A stretch of DNA of 64,000 bases from Candidatus Latescibacterota bacterium (lineage in GTDB: Bacteria > Latescibacterota > UBA2968 > GCA-2709665), in assembly GCA_965237675.1 (NCBI GenBank), contig OZ250150.1:4224001-4288000 (forward strand), written 5' to 3'. How positions within the stretch are numbered: position 1 is the stretch's first letter; each line of letters opens with the position of its first letter. A model generated the notes under the pieces. It was given only the letters and a program-made list of their open reading frames with translations. It searched no databases and had not been told where the DNA came from. Made by a program: the position numbers and the translations under genes. Below are positions 48,683 through 60,884 of the stretch, one piece after another.

Positions 48683-50227
48683 ATGGACGATCGAGACCGT
48701 GTCGTCGTCTTCGACACCACATTGCGCGATGCCGAACAGACACCCGGCGCGAAACTTTCGGTACGCGAGAAAATCGAAATCGCGCATCAACTCGGCAGGC
48801 TGAACGTAGACGTCATTGAAGCCGGCTTCCCTATCTCCTCTGCCGAGGACTTCGAAGCGGTACGGCGAATCGGACAGGAAGTTGAAGGCCCGACCGTGTG
48901 CGGCCTCGCCAGGGCCATGACCAAAGACATCGACCGGGCCGGCGAAGCGCTCAGCGGTGCAGCCAGACCCAGAATCCACACCTTCATCGGCACGTCACCG
49001 AACCATATCACCATGGTCGGTAAGTCCGCCGACGAAGTACTCGGCATGGCCGTGCATGCCGTCGAGAGGGCCAGGGGACATGTCGACGACGTGGAATTCT
49101 CGCCCATGGACGCTGCCCGAACCGATCCGAGCTACCTCTATGCCGTTATAGAGGCCACGATCGAAGCCGGCGCCTCCACGGTCAATATTCCCGATACCGT
49201 GGGTTATGCGGTGCCCGAACAGTTCGGCGGCCTCATCCGCAACATCCGGGAAAATGTTTCCAATATAGACCAGGCCGTGATCAGCGTGCATTGTCACGAC
49301 GACCTCGGGATGGCGGTCATCAACAGTCTCACAGCCATCCTGAACGGCGCACGGCAGGCGGAATGTACCGTCAATGGCCTGGGCGAACGGGCCGGCAACG
49401 CCTCGCTCGAAGAAATTGTGATGGCAATCCGCACACGGGGTGATTATTACAGGCTATATACGAATATAGACTCAAAGGAAATCTGCCCGACAAGCCGGCT
49501 GGTGAGCCGGCTGATGGGCATTCCCGTTGCCCCCAACAAAGCCATTGTGGGCGCCAACGCCTTCGCGCACAGTTCCGGCATACACCAGGACGGAGTCTTG
49601 AAGAACCGTTCGAATTTTGAAATCATCGACCCGAAAGATGTGGGGCTCGAAGCCACGAGCATCGTGCTCACCGCAAGGTCGGGACGGCACGCCCTGCGGC
49701 ACCGTCTGGAAGAACTGGGATATCAACTTGAGCAGAACGACCTGAACAAGGCGTACGAACGATTCCTTAAGGTGGCCGACAAGAAAAAAGAGGTGTACGA
49801 CGAAGACCTGATGGCCATTGTGGAGGACGAGATCCGGGATATCCCCGAGAAATACCAACTCCTGTACATGCACACCACCAGCGGCACCGGCACGATCCCC
49901 TCGGCCACCGTGCGGATTTGCATCCAGGGCGAAAGGGAAATCCAGGAGTCCGCCTGGGGAGACGGTCCCGTCGACGCCACGTACAAAGCCATTGCGCAGG
50001 CCACCGCGACGGACGTCCAGGTCGACGAATACCACATCCGTTCCGTTACCCACGGCGCCGAAGCGATGGGAGAAGTAACCGTTAAGGTCACCCACGAGGG
50101 TGACGGCGCCACGGGGCGGGGCGCATCGACGGATATCATCGAGGCCAGTGCAAAAGCTTACATCGATGCCCTGAACCATCTGGCCGTGCGCGCGGGCGTC
50201 CGCCGGCATCGAACAGAAGCGGTATAG
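48683..50227 (+). CDS. leuA: 2-isopropylmalate synthase
   Basis: 'FDTTLRDAEQ', 'IEAGFP', 'HCHDDLG', 'GERAGN', 'AFAHSSGIHQDG', regulatory domain 'GDGPVDA'. Confidence 0.96.
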   Translation: MDDRDRVVVFDTTLRDAEQTPGAKLSVREKIEIAHQLGRLNVDVIEAGFPISSAEDFEAVRRIGQEVEGPTVCGLARAMTKDIDRAGEALSGAARPRIHTFIGTSPNHITMVGKSADEVLGMAVHAVERARGHVDDVEFSPMDAARTDPSYLYAVIEATIEAGASTVNIPDTVGYAVPEQFGGLIRNIRENVSNIDQAVISVHCHDDLGMAVINSLTAILNGARQAECTVNGLGERAGNASLEEIVMAIRTRGDYYRLYTNIDSKEICPTSRLVSRLMGIPVAPNKAIVGANAFAHSSGIHQDGVLKNRSNFEIIDPKDVGLEATSIVLTARSGRHALRHRLEELGYQLEQNDLNKAYERFLKVADKKKEVYDEDLMAIVEDEIRDIPEKYQLLYMHTTSGTGTIPSATVRICIQGEREIQESAWGDGPVDATYKAIAQATATDVQVDEYHIRSVTHGAEAMGEVTVKVTHEGDGATGRGASTDIIEASAKAYIDALNHLAVRAGVRRHRTEAV

Positions 50228-50299
50228 GCCCGGGGTTCCGAGCGACCAGACGACGAATCCCGTCTCCGAATCCGAATTCTCCGGAGGTTGAAACCACCC

Positions 50300-51703
50300 A
50301 TGGGTAAGAGTCTCTTTCATAAGTTGTGGGATGCCCACGCCGTTCGCAAGCTTCCATCGGGCCAGACCCAACTTTTTATTGGCCTGCACCTGATTCACGA
50401 AGTGACCAGCCCTCAGGCGTTTCAAATGATGCGTGAACGCGGCCTCAAAGTCGCGTACCCCGAGCGAACCTATGCCACCGTGGACCATATTGTCCCCACC
50501 GATATCCGTACGCGTCCGCTGATGGATTCCATGGCGGAAGAGATGCTGGGAGCGATCGAACAAAACACACGGGAGTTTGAAATCCCACTCTTCGACCTCC
50601 ACGACGATCGTCAGGGCATCGTACATATCATCGGTCCGGAGCTCGGACTCACGCAGCCGGGCATGACCATCGCATGCGGCGACAGCCACACGTCGACGCA
50701 TGGTGCGTTTGGCGCCATCGCCTTTGGCATCGGGACCTCTCAAGTACGCGACGTTCTAGCCACACAGTGTCTCGCGATGCACCCGCTCGAGGTCCGGCGC
50801 ATCGAAGTGACCGGCAGCCTCCCGAAGGGCGTTTACGCCAAAGACGTCATACTCAACATTATCCGCCGCCTTGGCGTGAAGGGCGGCGTCGGTTACGCGT
50901 ATGAATATGCCGGCCCGGTTATCGACGGGTTTAGCATGGAAGAACGCATGTCCATCTGCAATATGTCTATCGAAGGCGGAGCACGGGCGGGCTACGTGAA
51001 CCCGGACCAGACCACATTCGACTATCTCCGAGGACGGGCATACTCGCCCCCCGACCGCGGGTTCGACCGGGCCGTGGACTGGTGGAAACACATAGCCTCA
51101 GATGCCGATGCCCACTACGACGATGTCTTCGAGTTGGACGGGGCGGCGCTGGAGCCCACCGTTACCTGGGGCATCACGCCCAGTCAGGGCGTCTATGTGT
51201 CCGAAAGAATACCCTCCCTGCGGGATCTTCGGGAAGACGAACGGGACGTCGCCGCCGAAGCCTATGAATATATGGATTTCGACGCTGGAAGCCCGATTGC
51301 CGGTACACCCATCGACGTCGCGTTCATCGGTTCCTGCACGAATGGTCGAATCTCCGATCTTCGAGAGGCCGCTGGCGTCGTAAAGGGGAACAAGGTGGCT
51401 GGCAATGTCAACGCACTTGTGGTACCCGGCTCGGCAGCCGTGCGCAGGAACGCGGAAGCGGAAGGCCTGCATGAGATCTTCCGCGAAGCCGGGTTTGAAT
51501 GGAGGGAGGCGGGCTGTTCCATGTGTCTGGCGATGAACCCGGACAAACTCCAGCACCGCCAAATCTGCGCTTCGTCCAGCAACCGGAACTTCAAAGGCCG
51601 TCAGGGCAGCCCTACCGGCCGCACGCTGCTTATGAGTCCGGCAATGGTCGCCGCCGCGGCCGTATCGGGTGAAGTGACAGACGTCCGAACCATGTTGACG
51701 TGA
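50300..51703 (+). CDS. leuC: 3-isopropylmalate dehydratase large subunit
   Basis: 'HEVTSPQAF', '[13 protein letters not shown]', 'GSCTNGR', 'GCSMCLAMN', '[10 protein letters not shown]'. Confidence 0.97.
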   Translation: MGKSLFHKLWDAHAVRKLPSGQTQLFIGLHLIHEVTSPQAFQMMRERGLKVAYPERTYATVDHIVPTDIRTRPLMDSMAEEMLGAIEQNTREFEIPLFDLHDDRQGIVHIIGPELGLTQPGMTIACGDSHTSTHGAFGAIAFGIGTSQVRDVLATQCLAMHPLEVRRIEVTGSLPKGVYAKDVILNIIRRLGVKGGVGYAYEYAGPVIDGFSMEERMSICNMSIEGGARAGYVNPDQTTFDYLRGRAYSPPDRGFDRAVDWWKHIASDADAHYDDVFELDGAALEPTVTWGITPSQGVYVSERIPSLRDLREDERDVAAEAYEYMDFDAGSPIAGTPIDVAFIGSCTNGRISDLREAAGVVKGNKVAGNVNALVVPGSAAVRRNAEAEGLHEIFREAGFEWREAGCSMCLAMNPDKLQHRQICASSSNRNFKGRQGSPTGRTLLMSPAMVAAAAVSGEVTDVRTMLT

Positions 51704-51715
51704 AAGGACCGCCTG

Positions 51716-52312
51716 ATGAACGCTGCATCATCCGCAGTCAGCCACGTGGCCGGTCGAGGCATTCCGGTCCGCGGCAACGACATCGATACCGACCGGATCA
51801 TTCCCGCGAGGCACCTGCGCAACATCACCTTCGAGGGCCTGGGCGAGTTCGCCTTCGAAGACGACCGGAAATCCACGGACCATCCTTTCGACGATGCCCG
51901 CTACCGGGGGGCGTCCATTCTGGTGGTCAATGCCAACTTCGGATGCGGGTCTTCCCGGGAACACGCGCCTCAGGCCATTATGGGCTGGGGCATCGGGGCC
52001 ATTGTCGGGGAATCGTTCGCGGAGATCTTCCAGGGTAATTGCACGGCGATGGGATTTCCCTGTGTCACTGTTTCAAGCGATGATGTTCAGACATTGATGT
52101 ACGCCGTCGAATCCGATCCGACCCGGGAAATTACGGTCGATGTGGAAGAAAAGACGCTGGCGTGCGGCGATCTGATGGTTGGCGTCCAGATCCCGGACGG
52201 AGACCGCATTCAGCTCCTGGAAGGGACGTGGGACGCCACCGGGATGCTTCTGGAGGGTAGCGATACCGTTCGTTCCGTTGCGCGGAATCTCCCGTATATC
52301 TCAGGATTCTAA
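51716..52312 (+). CDS. leuD: 3-isopropylmalate dehydratase small subunit
   Basis: 'DIDTDRIIPAR', 'NFGCGSSREHAP', 'SFAEIF'. Confidence 0.96.
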   Translation: MNAASSAVSHVAGRGIPVRGNDIDTDRIIPARHLRNITFEGLGEFAFEDDRKSTDHPFDDARYRGASILVVNANFGCGSSREHAPQAIMGWGIGAIVGESFAEIFQGNCTAMGFPCVTVSSDDVQTLMYAVESDPTREITVDVEEKTLACGDLMVGVQIPDGDRIQLLEGTWDATGMLLEGSDTVRSVARNLPYISGF

Positions 52313-52329
52313 CCCATTGGAGGAGCCCT

Positions 52330-53415
52330 CTGTCCTACAAGATCGCAGTCATCCCAGGCGACGGTACGGGACCGGAAGTTGTCGCGGAAGGTCTTAAGTG
52401 TGTAAACGCTGTCGCCCGGACCTGCGTCTTCGACTTTGAAACCGTCACCTACGACTTTGGCGGCGAACGGTACCTGCGAACCGGCGAAACCCTGCCCGAC
52501 TCGGCCATTGAAGAACTCAAGGCATTCAATGCCATTTACCTGGGCGCCATAGGCCATCCGGACGTCAGGCCCGGGATCCTGGAGAAGGGTATTCTACTGC
52601 GAACCCGCTTTGAACTGGACCAGTACATCAACCTGCGTCCGGTCAAACTTTACCCCAATGTGGACTGCCCGCTCAAAGACAAGGGCCCCGCGGACGTCGA
52701 CTTTGTTGTCGTGCGCGAAAATACCGAGGGCCTCTATGCCGGTGCGGGAGGATTCCTGAAGAAGGGTACCCCCGACGAGGTCGCCGTCCAGGAATCCATC
52801 AATACCCGAAAGGGCGTGGAGAGGTGTCTGAGGTATGCTTTCGAATACACACGCAGGCGTAAACGCGGGAACACCCTCACCCTCTGCGGCAAGACCAACG
52901 TGCTCACCTATGCCTTCGACCTGTGGGAGCGTACGTTCAACGAAATCGGAGACGCCGATTACGCCGATGTCAAACGTGACTATGCCCACGTTGACGCCAT
53001 TACGATGTGGATGGTAAAAAATCCGGAATGGTTCGACGTCATTGTCACCGATAACATGTTCGGCGACATCATTACAGACCTGGGCGCCATGATTCAGGGC
53101 GGCATGGGTGTTGCGGCAGGGGGCAACATCAACCCCGAGGGCGTTTCAATGTTCGAACCCATCGGCGGATCGGCTCCCAAATATACCGGCCGGGGGGTTA
53201 TCAATCCTGTCGCCGGCATCGCCGCCGCGCAAATGATGCTCGACGTCCTGGGCGAGACCGAAGGCGCCAGGATCCTGGAAAACGCCATCATCCGTGTGGT
53301 CGGCACCAAACTCAAAGGTATGGGCGCGGGAGATATGGGTTACAGCACCTCGGAGGTAGGCGACCTCATCGCCGACGAAGTCGCCCGCACTCAGACTCGT
53401 GGAACCACCGGATGA
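52330..53415 (+). CDS. leuB: 3-isopropylmalate dehydrogenase (probable CTG start)
   Basis: Frame open from CTG 52330: [16 protein letters not shown]...NLRP...VRENTEG...NMFGDIITD...FEPIGGSAP. The ORF track start at 52660 misses the conserved N-terminus. Confidence 0.92.
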   Translation: MSYKIAVIPGDGTGPEVVAEGLKCVNAVARTCVFDFETVTYDFGGERYLRTGETLPDSAIEELKAFNAIYLGAIGHPDVRPGILEKGILLRTRFELDQYINLRPVKLYPNVDCPLKDKGPADVDFVVVRENTEGLYAGAGGFLKKGTPDEVAVQESINTRKGVERCLRYAFEYTRRRKRGNTLTLCGKTNVLTYAFDLWERTFNEIGDADYADVKRDYAHVDAITMWMVKNPEWFDVIVTDNMFGDIITDLGAMIQGGMGVAAGGNINPEGVSMFEPIGGSAPKYTGRGVINPVAGIAAAQMMLDVLGETEGARILENAIIRVVGTKLKGMGAGDMGYSTSEVGDLIADEVARTQTRGTTG

Positions 53416-53580
53416 AACTTGCAGATTCAGCAGAAAGGACGTGGAATCAACCGGGCGACTACCTCCGCCCGGGCCGCATTGGACCGGCCGATCTCCAAGA
53501 TTGTGGACAGAACCGTCAACCAGACTGGAACGTCTGTTCCTGATCCCGGAATTTCCGATCCAATGTAAAAGGAGCCCTTA

Positions 53581-55188
53581 ATGTCCAACCATGTACAAAT
53601 ATACGATTCCACGCTGCGCGACGGCGCGCAAGCCGAAGGTATTGCGTTCTCGCTGGACGACAAGCTCCTGATCGCGCAGCGCCTGGACGAGCTCGGCGTC
53701 CATTATATCGAGGGAGGATGGCCCAATCCCACCAATCCCAAAGAGATGGAATTTTTCAACCGCATCAGGGAAGTCCCATTTGAAAACGCGCAGGTTGCCG
53801 CCTTCGGCAGCACTCGACGGGCAAACAACCTCCCGGAGGATGACGCCACCCTCAACACCCTCCTACAGGCGGGCACCGACGTCGTCACCCTCTTCGGCAA
53901 GTCCTGGGAACTGCACGTCACCCACGTTCTGCGCACCTCCCTCGACGAGAACCTGAGACTCATCCAGGACTCGGTTGCGTACATCGCGTCGAACGGACGG
54001 GACGTCGTCTACGATGCGGAGCACTTCTTCGACGGCTACAAGGCCGATCCTCGATATGCCATCACGACCCTCCTGGCCGCCCAGGAAGGCGGCGCCGATA
54101 TTCTGGTCCTCTGCGACACCAACGGCGGCACCCTGCCCTCCGAACTGAAGGAAATCATTGAAAACGTAAAGCGGAACGTCAGCCTGCCCTTCGGGATCCA
54201 TACCCACAACGACGCCGGCGTGGGCGTCGCCAACGCGCTCGTGGCTGTCGAAATGGGCGCCATCCAGGTCCAGGGCACATTCAACGGCTACGGGGAGCGC
54301 TGCGGCAATGCCAATCTGTGTTCCATCATTCCGAGCCTCGAAATAAAACTCAACAAATCCAGTATAGGTCCCGAGAAGCTCGCGGGGCTGAAGGACTTCT
54401 CTCGCTTCCTGAGCGAAATTGCAAACGTCTTTCACGATCACCGCCAGCCCTATGTGGGTGAAAGCGCATTTGCGCACAAGGGCGGGGTTCACATCGACGC
54501 CATGGTCAAACAACCCGCCACATACGAACACTGCGAACCCGAACAGGTGGGCAACGAACGACGCTTCCTGTTGTCCGAGCAATCCGGAAGCGCCACCATC
54601 GCAGCCAAACTGAAACATCTCATCCCCGGTCTCGACAAGAAACATCCGGCGCTTCAGCGCCTTCTTCGACAGATCAAGCAACTCGAACACGAGGGATACG
54701 TCTTTGAAGCCGCGGAAGCATCCTTCGAAATCCTGGCCCGCAAGGCGCTTGGCGGCATTTCCGACCCGTTCCGGTTAGTCGGATTCCGCACCATCAACCG
54801 GAATTCCGCGGAAGGGACTGAAGTGGAAGCGATCGTCAAAGTTGAGGTGGATGGCGAAATCTATCACACAGTGGCAGACGGAGACGGACCGGTGAACGCG
54901 CTGGACGCGGCGCTGCGGCAGGGGTTGGAGTCGGTGTACCCCATCCTCAAGGAAGTCCACCTCGAAGATTACAAAGTGCGCGTGTTATCCGCCAACGACG
55001 GCACGGCCGCCAGGGTGCGCGTACTCATCGAGTCCTCCGACAGCCACAGGGTATGGAATACAATCGGTGTGTCTGAAAATATCATTGAAGCAAGCTGGAT
55101 CGCCCTCGTGGACAGCCTCAGCTACAAGCTGCTCAGGGAGGGCTTCCTTACAGACACCGAACCGATCCGACAGGAAGCGCTGGTATAA
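53581..55188 (+). CDS. cimA: Citramalate synthase
   Basis: '[13 protein letters not shown]', 'YIEGGWP', 'AAFGSTRR', 'GKSWELHV', '[11 protein letters not shown]', 'AFAHKGGVH'. Confidence 0.93.
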   Translation: MSNHVQIYDSTLRDGAQAEGIAFSLDDKLLIAQRLDELGVHYIEGGWPNPTNPKEMEFFNRIREVPFENAQVAAFGSTRRANNLPEDDATLNTLLQAGTDVVTLFGKSWELHVTHVLRTSLDENLRLIQDSVAYIASNGRDVVYDAEHFFDGYKADPRYAITTLLAAQEGGADILVLCDTNGGTLPSELKEIIENVKRNVSLPFGIHTHNDAGVGVANALVAVEMGAIQVQGTFNGYGERCGNANLCSIIPSLEIKLNKSSIGPEKLAGLKDFSRFLSEIANVFHDHRQPYVGESAFAHKGGVHIDAMVKQPATYEHCEPEQVGNERRFLLSEQSGSATIAAKLKHLIPGLDKKHPALQRLLRQIKQLEHEGYVFEAAEASFEILARKALGGISDPFRLVGFRTINRNSAEGTEVEAIVKVEVDGEIYHTVADGDGPVNALDAALRQGLESVYPILKEVHLEDYKVRVLSANDGTAARVRVLIESSDSHRVWNTIGVSENIIEASWIALVDSLSYKLLREGFLTDTEPIRQEALV

Positions 55189-55241
55189 ACTCCCGGCCGA
55201 TCCGGGCCCGACAGGGTGGGGTCCTCTTTCATGTTGCGAAA

Positions 55242-56414
55242 ATGAAAATCACGTCCCGAAGAATAGAACGCCTTCCGCCGTATGTGTTTGCCGAGGTCAA
55301 CGCGCACAAGATGCGCCTGCGCCGGCAAGGCGTGGACATTATTGATCTGGGGATGGGGAACCCGGACCAGCCGACCCCCGCGCATATTGTAGACAAACTC
55401 ATCGAAGTTGCCAGAGATCCCAAGACCCACCGCTATGCCCCGTCGCAGGGTATAGACGCGTTGCGCGCGGCCATCTGCCGGCACTACAGGAGGCGTTTCG
55501 GCGTCGATCTGGACCCCGATACGGAAGCCCTCGTCACCATTGGTTCCAAAGAGGGTCTTGCCCACATCTGCCTCGCCCTCCTGGATCCCGGCGATCTGGC
55601 CATTGTGCCCAATCCGGCGTATCCTCTGCATCTTTACGGCGTCGCCATCGCAAACGGAAATGTTCTGAGTCTGCCTCTCCGACCCGAGAAAGAGTTCATT
55701 CCCGAAATCCAAATGGTCGCAAGGGAACTCTGGCCAAAGCCCAAAATCATGATCTTCAACTTCCCGAACAATCCCACCACCGCGACGGTGGACCCCGCTT
55801 TTTTTGAGGAGATCGTAGACTTCGCCCGGCGCCAGGAAATCGTTATCATTCACGACATGGCCTACTCTGACATCGTCTTCGATGGCTACCAGGCACCCAG
55901 CCTGCTCCAGGTAAAAGGGGCAAAGGAAGTGGGTGTGGAATTTTTCACGATGTCCAAAACCTACAACATGGCCGGCTGGCGGGTAGGTTTCTGCCTGGGC
56001 AACCCGGAGGTCATCGAAGCACTGAAAACCATTAAACATTACTACGATTATGGTATTTTCACACCCATCCAGGTCGCCGCCATTGCCGCCCTGGACGGCC
56101 CTCAAGACTGTGTTGTTCAGGCCGCTGAAATCTATCGATCCAGGCGGGATGTGCTGGTCGAGGGCCTTAACCGGATCGGCTGGCCCGTATTCAAGCCCAA
56201 AGCATCGATGTTCATCTGGACGCAGATTCCCGACAAATACCGTTATCTGGGCTCAATGCGGTTTGCCCTCAAAATGATGGAGGACGCGGAAGTCGCCGTT
56301 TCCCCGGGAATCGGCTTCGGCGACATGGGTGAGGGTTACGTGCGTATTTCTCTCATTGAAAACGAGCACCGCATCCGCCAGGCAATCAGAAACATCAAAC
56401 GGGCATTCTTCTGA
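55242..56414 (+). CDS. alaC: Class I/II PLP aminotransferase, AlaC-like
   Basis: 'RLPPYVF', 'DLGMGNPD', '[10 protein letters not shown]', '[13 protein letters not shown]', '[14 protein letters not shown]'. Confidence 0.75.
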   Translation: MKITSRRIERLPPYVFAEVNAHKMRLRRQGVDIIDLGMGNPDQPTPAHIVDKLIEVARDPKTHRYAPSQGIDALRAAICRHYRRRFGVDLDPDTEALVTIGSKEGLAHICLALLDPGDLAIVPNPAYPLHLYGVAIANGNVLSLPLRPEKEFIPEIQMVARELWPKPKIMIFNFPNNPTTATVDPAFFEEIVDFARRQEIVIIHDMAYSDIVFDGYQAPSLLQVKGAKEVGVEFFTMSKTYNMAGWRVGFCLGNPEVIEALKTIKHYYDYGIFTPIQVAAIAALDGPQDCVVQAAEIYRSRRDVLVEGLNRIGWPVFKPKASMFIWTQIPDKYRYLGSMRFALKMMEDAEVAVSPGIGFGDMGEGYVRISLIENEHRIRQAIRNIKRAFF

Positions 56415-56425
56415 GAGGATCGGCT

Positions 56426-57619
56426 TTGGAATTCACGGAAGGCAGTTGCCTCCATCCCAGAGGGTTCCGCGCAGCCGGCGTTGCCTCCGGTCTGAAGGCA
56501 TCCGGCAAAGACCTGGCCCTCATCGCGTCCAACAGACCGGGCGCGGCGGCCGGTGTATTCACGACCAACCAGGTGCAGGCCGCTCCCATCCACGTAAACC
56601 GGGAACACCTGGCGGACAATACCGCTCAAGCCATTGTCATCAACAGTAAGAACGCCAATGCCTGCACGGGGAAACCGGGTTTAGCGGATGCCCGCCAGAC
56701 GGCACGTGAGGTGGCGCGCGAACTGGACATCGCACCGGAGAACGTGCTGGTCAACTCAACGGGTGTCATCGGCGTGCCGCTTCCGATGGAAAAAATCCGT
56801 GCGGGAATCCCGGCTGCAGTCCGCGAACTTCGCGGCGACGGCTGGGAAGACGCCTCGGAAGCGATCATGACCACGGATACGGTGCCTAAGCGGGCATCGG
56901 CGCAGATCCGGCTGGGCGGGCGCACCGTCACCATCTGCGGTATTGCAAAGGGTTCGGGCATGATCGCACCCGACATGGCCACCATGCTCGGCTTCGTCGC
57001 CACGGACGCCGCGGTAGATCCGGGGCGGCTGGAAACGTGCCTCAGGAAGGCCGTCGAACAGTCGTTCAACTGCATTACCGTGGACGGCGACACAAGCACG
57101 AACGACACGGTGCTCCTGCTGGCCAACGGTGCCGCTTGCGACCGCTCACTTTCCGCCAGCGAGGTCGAGTCCTTTCAGACGGGACTCAACGCCGTCTGCG
57201 GCAGCCTGGCCAGGCAGATCGCACGCGACGGGGAAGGTGCAACCAAGCTCATCACTATCCGTGTCACAGGAGCCACGTCCGCTCAAAATGCCCGAACCAT
57301 CGGCCTGTCCGTCGGCAATTCGAGCCTGGTCAAGACAGCCGTCTTCGGCCGAGATCCGAATTGGGGTCGTATCCTCTGCGCCATCGGGTATGCCGGCGTG
57401 CCGGTAGAACCGGAGAACGTCTCAGTTTCGATGGCCGGCATTCCCATCTACGGCAAAGGAGGCGGTCTGCCCTTCGATTCCGAGGCAGCCACGCAGGCAT
57501 TGTCTGCGACGGATGTGGAAATCGAAATTGATCTCGGCCAGGGAGAGGCAAACACCACGATTTATACCTGCGACCTCACATACGACTACATCAGGATCAA
57601 CGCCGAATACACCACCTGA
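56426..57619 (+). CDS. argJ: Bifunctional ornithine acetyltransferase/N-acetylglutamate synthase
   Basis: 'NANACTG', 'STGVIG', 'IMTTDT', 'KGSGMIAPDMATML', 'DGDTSTND', 'DGEGATK', 'INAEYTT'. Confidence 0.96.
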   Translation: MEFTEGSCLHPRGFRAAGVASGLKASGKDLALIASNRPGAAAGVFTTNQVQAAPIHVNREHLADNTAQAIVINSKNANACTGKPGLADARQTAREVARELDIAPENVLVNSTGVIGVPLPMEKIRAGIPAAVRELRGDGWEDASEAIMTTDTVPKRASAQIRLGGRTVTICGIAKGSGMIAPDMATMLGFVATDAAVDPGRLETCLRKAVEQSFNCITVDGDTSTNDTVLLLANGAACDRSLSASEVESFQTGLNAVCGSLARQIARDGEGATKLITIRVTGATSAQNARTIGLSVGNSSLVKTAVFGRDPNWGRILCAIGYAGVPVEPENVSVSMAGIPIYGKGGGLPFDSEAATQALSATDVEIEIDLGQGEANTTIYTCDLTYDYIRINAEYTT

Positions 57620-57719
57620 TCGGACGCGGAAAACGTAATCCGCGCCGAAGTCACACGGTGGTGCGGGGAACCGACTTACCGTTTTTCGGAACCTTCAAAC
57701 GCGGACTTCAACCGGGACC

Positions 57720-58913
57720 ATGGAAAAATTCGTTACGCCGTTCTCCAACCGTGTGCTCAATGCAAACGAATCGCTTACCGTAGCCACCTTTGCCAGAATG
57801 AGTGAATTGAAACGCCGGGGTGTGGACCTTATCTCCCTGGTAGCGGGCGAACCTGATTTTGACACCCCGAAGAACATCAAGGACGCTGGTATCCAGGCCA
57901 TCGTGAGTGGACACACGAAATACACCGCGCCCGCTTCGGGCCTGCCCGAACTCAAACAGGCAATCGCGAACAAACTGAGTCGAGAAAACAACCTGGACTA
58001 CGATCCCGCGCAGATCGTCGTTACCTGCGGCGCCAAGCAGACCATCTTCGACGCGGTCGTCGCGCTGATCAACCCCGGCGACGAGGTCATCATTCCCGCT
58101 CCGTTCTGGGTTAGCTACGTTGACCAGGTCAGACTGATGGGCGGCCGACCGGTCATTTTGAAAACGACTGAGGAGACGGGTTTCCGGCTCAGCCCCCGAA
58201 TGCTTGCGGATGCCATCAACCCACGTACCAAATTGCTACTCTTGAACAGTCCGTGCAATCCAACCGGTGAAGTCTACACGCCGGATGAACTGAGAGCCCT
58301 CGCAGACGTCATTGCAGAAGCCGGCATCTTTGTAATCTCGGACGAGATCTACGAAAAAATCATTTATGACGGCACCGAGCACGTCTCCATTGCCGCACTG
58401 CATCCGGACGTCAAAGGCAGGACCCTGCTGGTCAACGGCTTCTCCAAGGCCTATGCAATGACGGGCTGGCGAGTGGGCTATGGCGCAGGTCCTTCGGATC
58501 TGATGAAACTGATCGCCCGAGTACAGAGTCAGGAAACCACGAACACGTGCACAATTTCCCAGGTTGCGGCCATCGAAGCGCTTAACGGAACCCAGGAGAG
58601 CGTCGAAACCATGCGAAAGGCGTTCCAGGAACGCCGAAATCTGATCGTCGGCCGCCTGAACCGCATGCCGGGCGTCTCGTGTCGCCTTCCCCAGGGCGCC
58701 TTTTACGCCTTTCCCAACGTGTCCGGTCTATACAGCGAACGCATCACGGATGACGTCGCCCTCTCCAATTACCTGCTGGAAGAGGCCGAGACGGGCTGCG
58801 TGCCCGGCAGCGGGTTCGGTGCCGGCGACCACCTGCGTTTTTCATATGCCGCGTCTCTACCAAGGATTCAAGAGGCCATGGACCGCATCGAGGCTGCAAT
58901 CAGGAAAATTTAG
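57720..58913 (+). CDS. aspC: Aspartate aminotransferase-like PLP enzyme
   Basis: 'GEPDFDTP', 'GAKQ', 'NSPCNPTG', 'SDEIY', 'SKAYAMTGWRVG'. Confidence 0.85.
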   Translation: MEKFVTPFSNRVLNANESLTVATFARMSELKRRGVDLISLVAGEPDFDTPKNIKDAGIQAIVSGHTKYTAPASGLPELKQAIANKLSRENNLDYDPAQIVVTCGAKQTIFDAVVALINPGDEVIIPAPFWVSYVDQVRLMGGRPVILKTTEETGFRLSPRMLADAINPRTKLLLLNSPCNPTGEVYTPDELRALADVIAEAGIFVISDEIYEKIIYDGTEHVSIAALHPDVKGRTLLVNGFSKAYAMTGWRVGYGAGPSDLMKLIARVQSQETTNTCTISQVAAIEALNGTQESVETMRKAFQERRNLIVGRLNRMPGVSCRLPQGAFYAFPNVSGLYSERITDDVALSNYLLEEAETGCVPGSGFGAGDHLRFSYAASLPRIQEAMDRIEAAIRKI

Positions 58914-58946
58914 ACCCCCGGATCCTGCCGAAAAGGACACCCGACC

Positions 58947-59912
58947 ATGAAGGACAAGAAGAAAATATACCTGGACTTCGAGCGCCCCATTGCGGAACTG
59001 GAACAGACAATCGAAGACCTCAAATCCCATGCCGAGAATGAAAACATAGACATGTCCGCCGAATTGGCCACCCTTGAAAAACGGCTACACAAGTTGGAAA
59101 AGGAAATCTACTCGAACATGAGCCGGTGGCAAATATACCAGGTGGCGGGACACCCCCAGCGCCCTCACACGCTGGACTACATTCAATCCATTCTCACCGA
59201 TTTTATGGAACTCCACGGAGATCGGACCTATAGAGACGATCCGGCGGTCGTGAGTGGCTTCGCCCGCCTCGACGGACAACCCGTTCTGGTCCTGGGTACG
59301 CAAAAAGGTCGCAACACCAGGGAGAATATTCATCGCAACTTCGGCATGGCCCACCCCGAGGGTTATCGAAAAGCGCTTCGCGTTATGAAACTGGCCGCCA
59401 AATTCAAACGCCCCGTTCTCTGTCTGATCGATACCCCCGGCGCTTACCCCGGCATCGGATCGGAGGAACGAAGCGTTTCGGAAGCCATCGCCAGAAATCT
59501 CTTCGAGATTTCCCGGCTTCCCGTTCCCATCATCGTGGTCATTATCGGCGAGGGTGCAAGCGGCGGCGCACTCGGCATCGGTGTCGGCGACCGAATCCTG
59601 ATGTTGGAAAACGCATGGTATTCCGTGATCAACCCCCAATCCTGTTCGCTCATTCTCTGGCGGAATCGTGACAAGAAAGAAGAGGCCGCCGAGGCGTTGA
59701 AGATCACGGCACCGGACCTTATCCCCTTTGGGATCGTCGATAGAATTGTGCCTGAGCCCTTTGGCGGCGCACACAGAGATCCGTTGGCGACAGGTCAAAA
59801 CCTGAAGCGCATCTTACTGGAGGAACTCCAGAATCTCCTCCGGATACGCCCCGATGACCTTGTCCGCGAGAGGGTCGACAAATTCGGTCGGATGGGGGTC
59901 TGGGACGAGTAA
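58947..59912 (+). CDS. accA: Acetyl-CoA carboxylase carboxyltransferase alpha subunit
   Basis: 'LDFERPI', 'ELHGDR', 'NFGM..PEGYRKA', 'DTPGAYPG', 'GEGASGGAL'. Confidence 0.97.
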   Translation: MKDKKKIYLDFERPIAELEQTIEDLKSHAENENIDMSAELATLEKRLHKLEKEIYSNMSRWQIYQVAGHPQRPHTLDYIQSILTDFMELHGDRTYRDDPAVVSGFARLDGQPVLVLGTQKGRNTRENIHRNFGMAHPEGYRKALRVMKLAAKFKRPVLCLIDTPGAYPGIGSEERSVSEAIARNLFEISRLPVPIIVVIIGEGASGGALGIGVGDRILMLENAWYSVINPQSCSLILWRNRDKKEEAAEALKITAPDLIPFGIVDRIVPEPFGGAHRDPLATGQNLKRILLEELQNLLRIRPDDLVRERVDKFGRMGVWDE

Positions 59913-60884
59913 CCCCCGCTTTCCAACGGCACCCGATCTGCATGATTTTCCAGGTTTCGGATTTAGCAAAAAATGGGCCGTAAGATGCCCATTTTTTCTT
60001 TATATTTCTCCTTTCGACGGCGGGAATTCACTAACTTGCTGTTTACCTGAGACGTTCCGTAATTTGACCCAATCCGAGGAGGTTTCCCAGCCAAAAAGGT
60101 GCGACGGACACATGTCTGGCCAACAAAAGAAAATTTTATCGTCCAGCCAATTGTGTTTCAGTATCTTATGCGCCGGACACCCGATTTGCATCCTGTTTTC
60201 CTCAAATTATCTCTTGACGACACCGCATTCAGAGTATATATTCTCAAATGTTCTTGCGAAGAGACTATTTTCTTGTAAGTTCTTGTCTTGGAGCACGTTG
60301 TATCGTCGGATCCGTGTGCCTTTTCGAGGGGTGTCCTGCAGCGAAAACGCACGGATTCGGGACGGAACCGGGGGCTTGCGGGGGTTCGTTTTGATGTTGG
60401 GCCGAGGACCACAAAAACAATGATTCGTGGGCGCGGGTACTGGGTTTCGGCGGCGCCTCATTCTCCAAGCAGTACGCGACTCAATGGGCGGTATGGTCGT
60501 TACTGGAATTCGCTTCAGCACCTGATCCAGCCTGGGGGAAGTTGAAAGCATCGGCTCTTTGGTTGGCGGCGGTCTTATTGGGGGAGATAATACTGCCAGC
60601 TATACCGATCACTTAGAACTGCTGCTTCTCTTCTTATGCATCGTGGCTCTGTGCTGACTGTGTGTTCCGGTACCTCCAGCCGCCCATTTTTAACGTCGCC
60701 GGCAGGTACATTTCGGGGTCAACGAGACCGGTCTCTCCGCGGGCCCGTCCACCGGTTCGGCATGTGTAACGCCCGTCGGGCGGTTCCACTCAGGTCGGGT
60801 TCGCGCCATCGACGGCCCGCATCCACGCCTCCACCGACACCCATCCCCGTGTCGTCAACGCCTGCGAAGGCTCCCGTTGCGCCC

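Noticed and set aside
59913-60884. Replication origin in the AT-rich gap, or a protein-coding gene there
   Set aside because: No DnaA-box cluster was seen and the ORFs lack RBS and protein-like composition.
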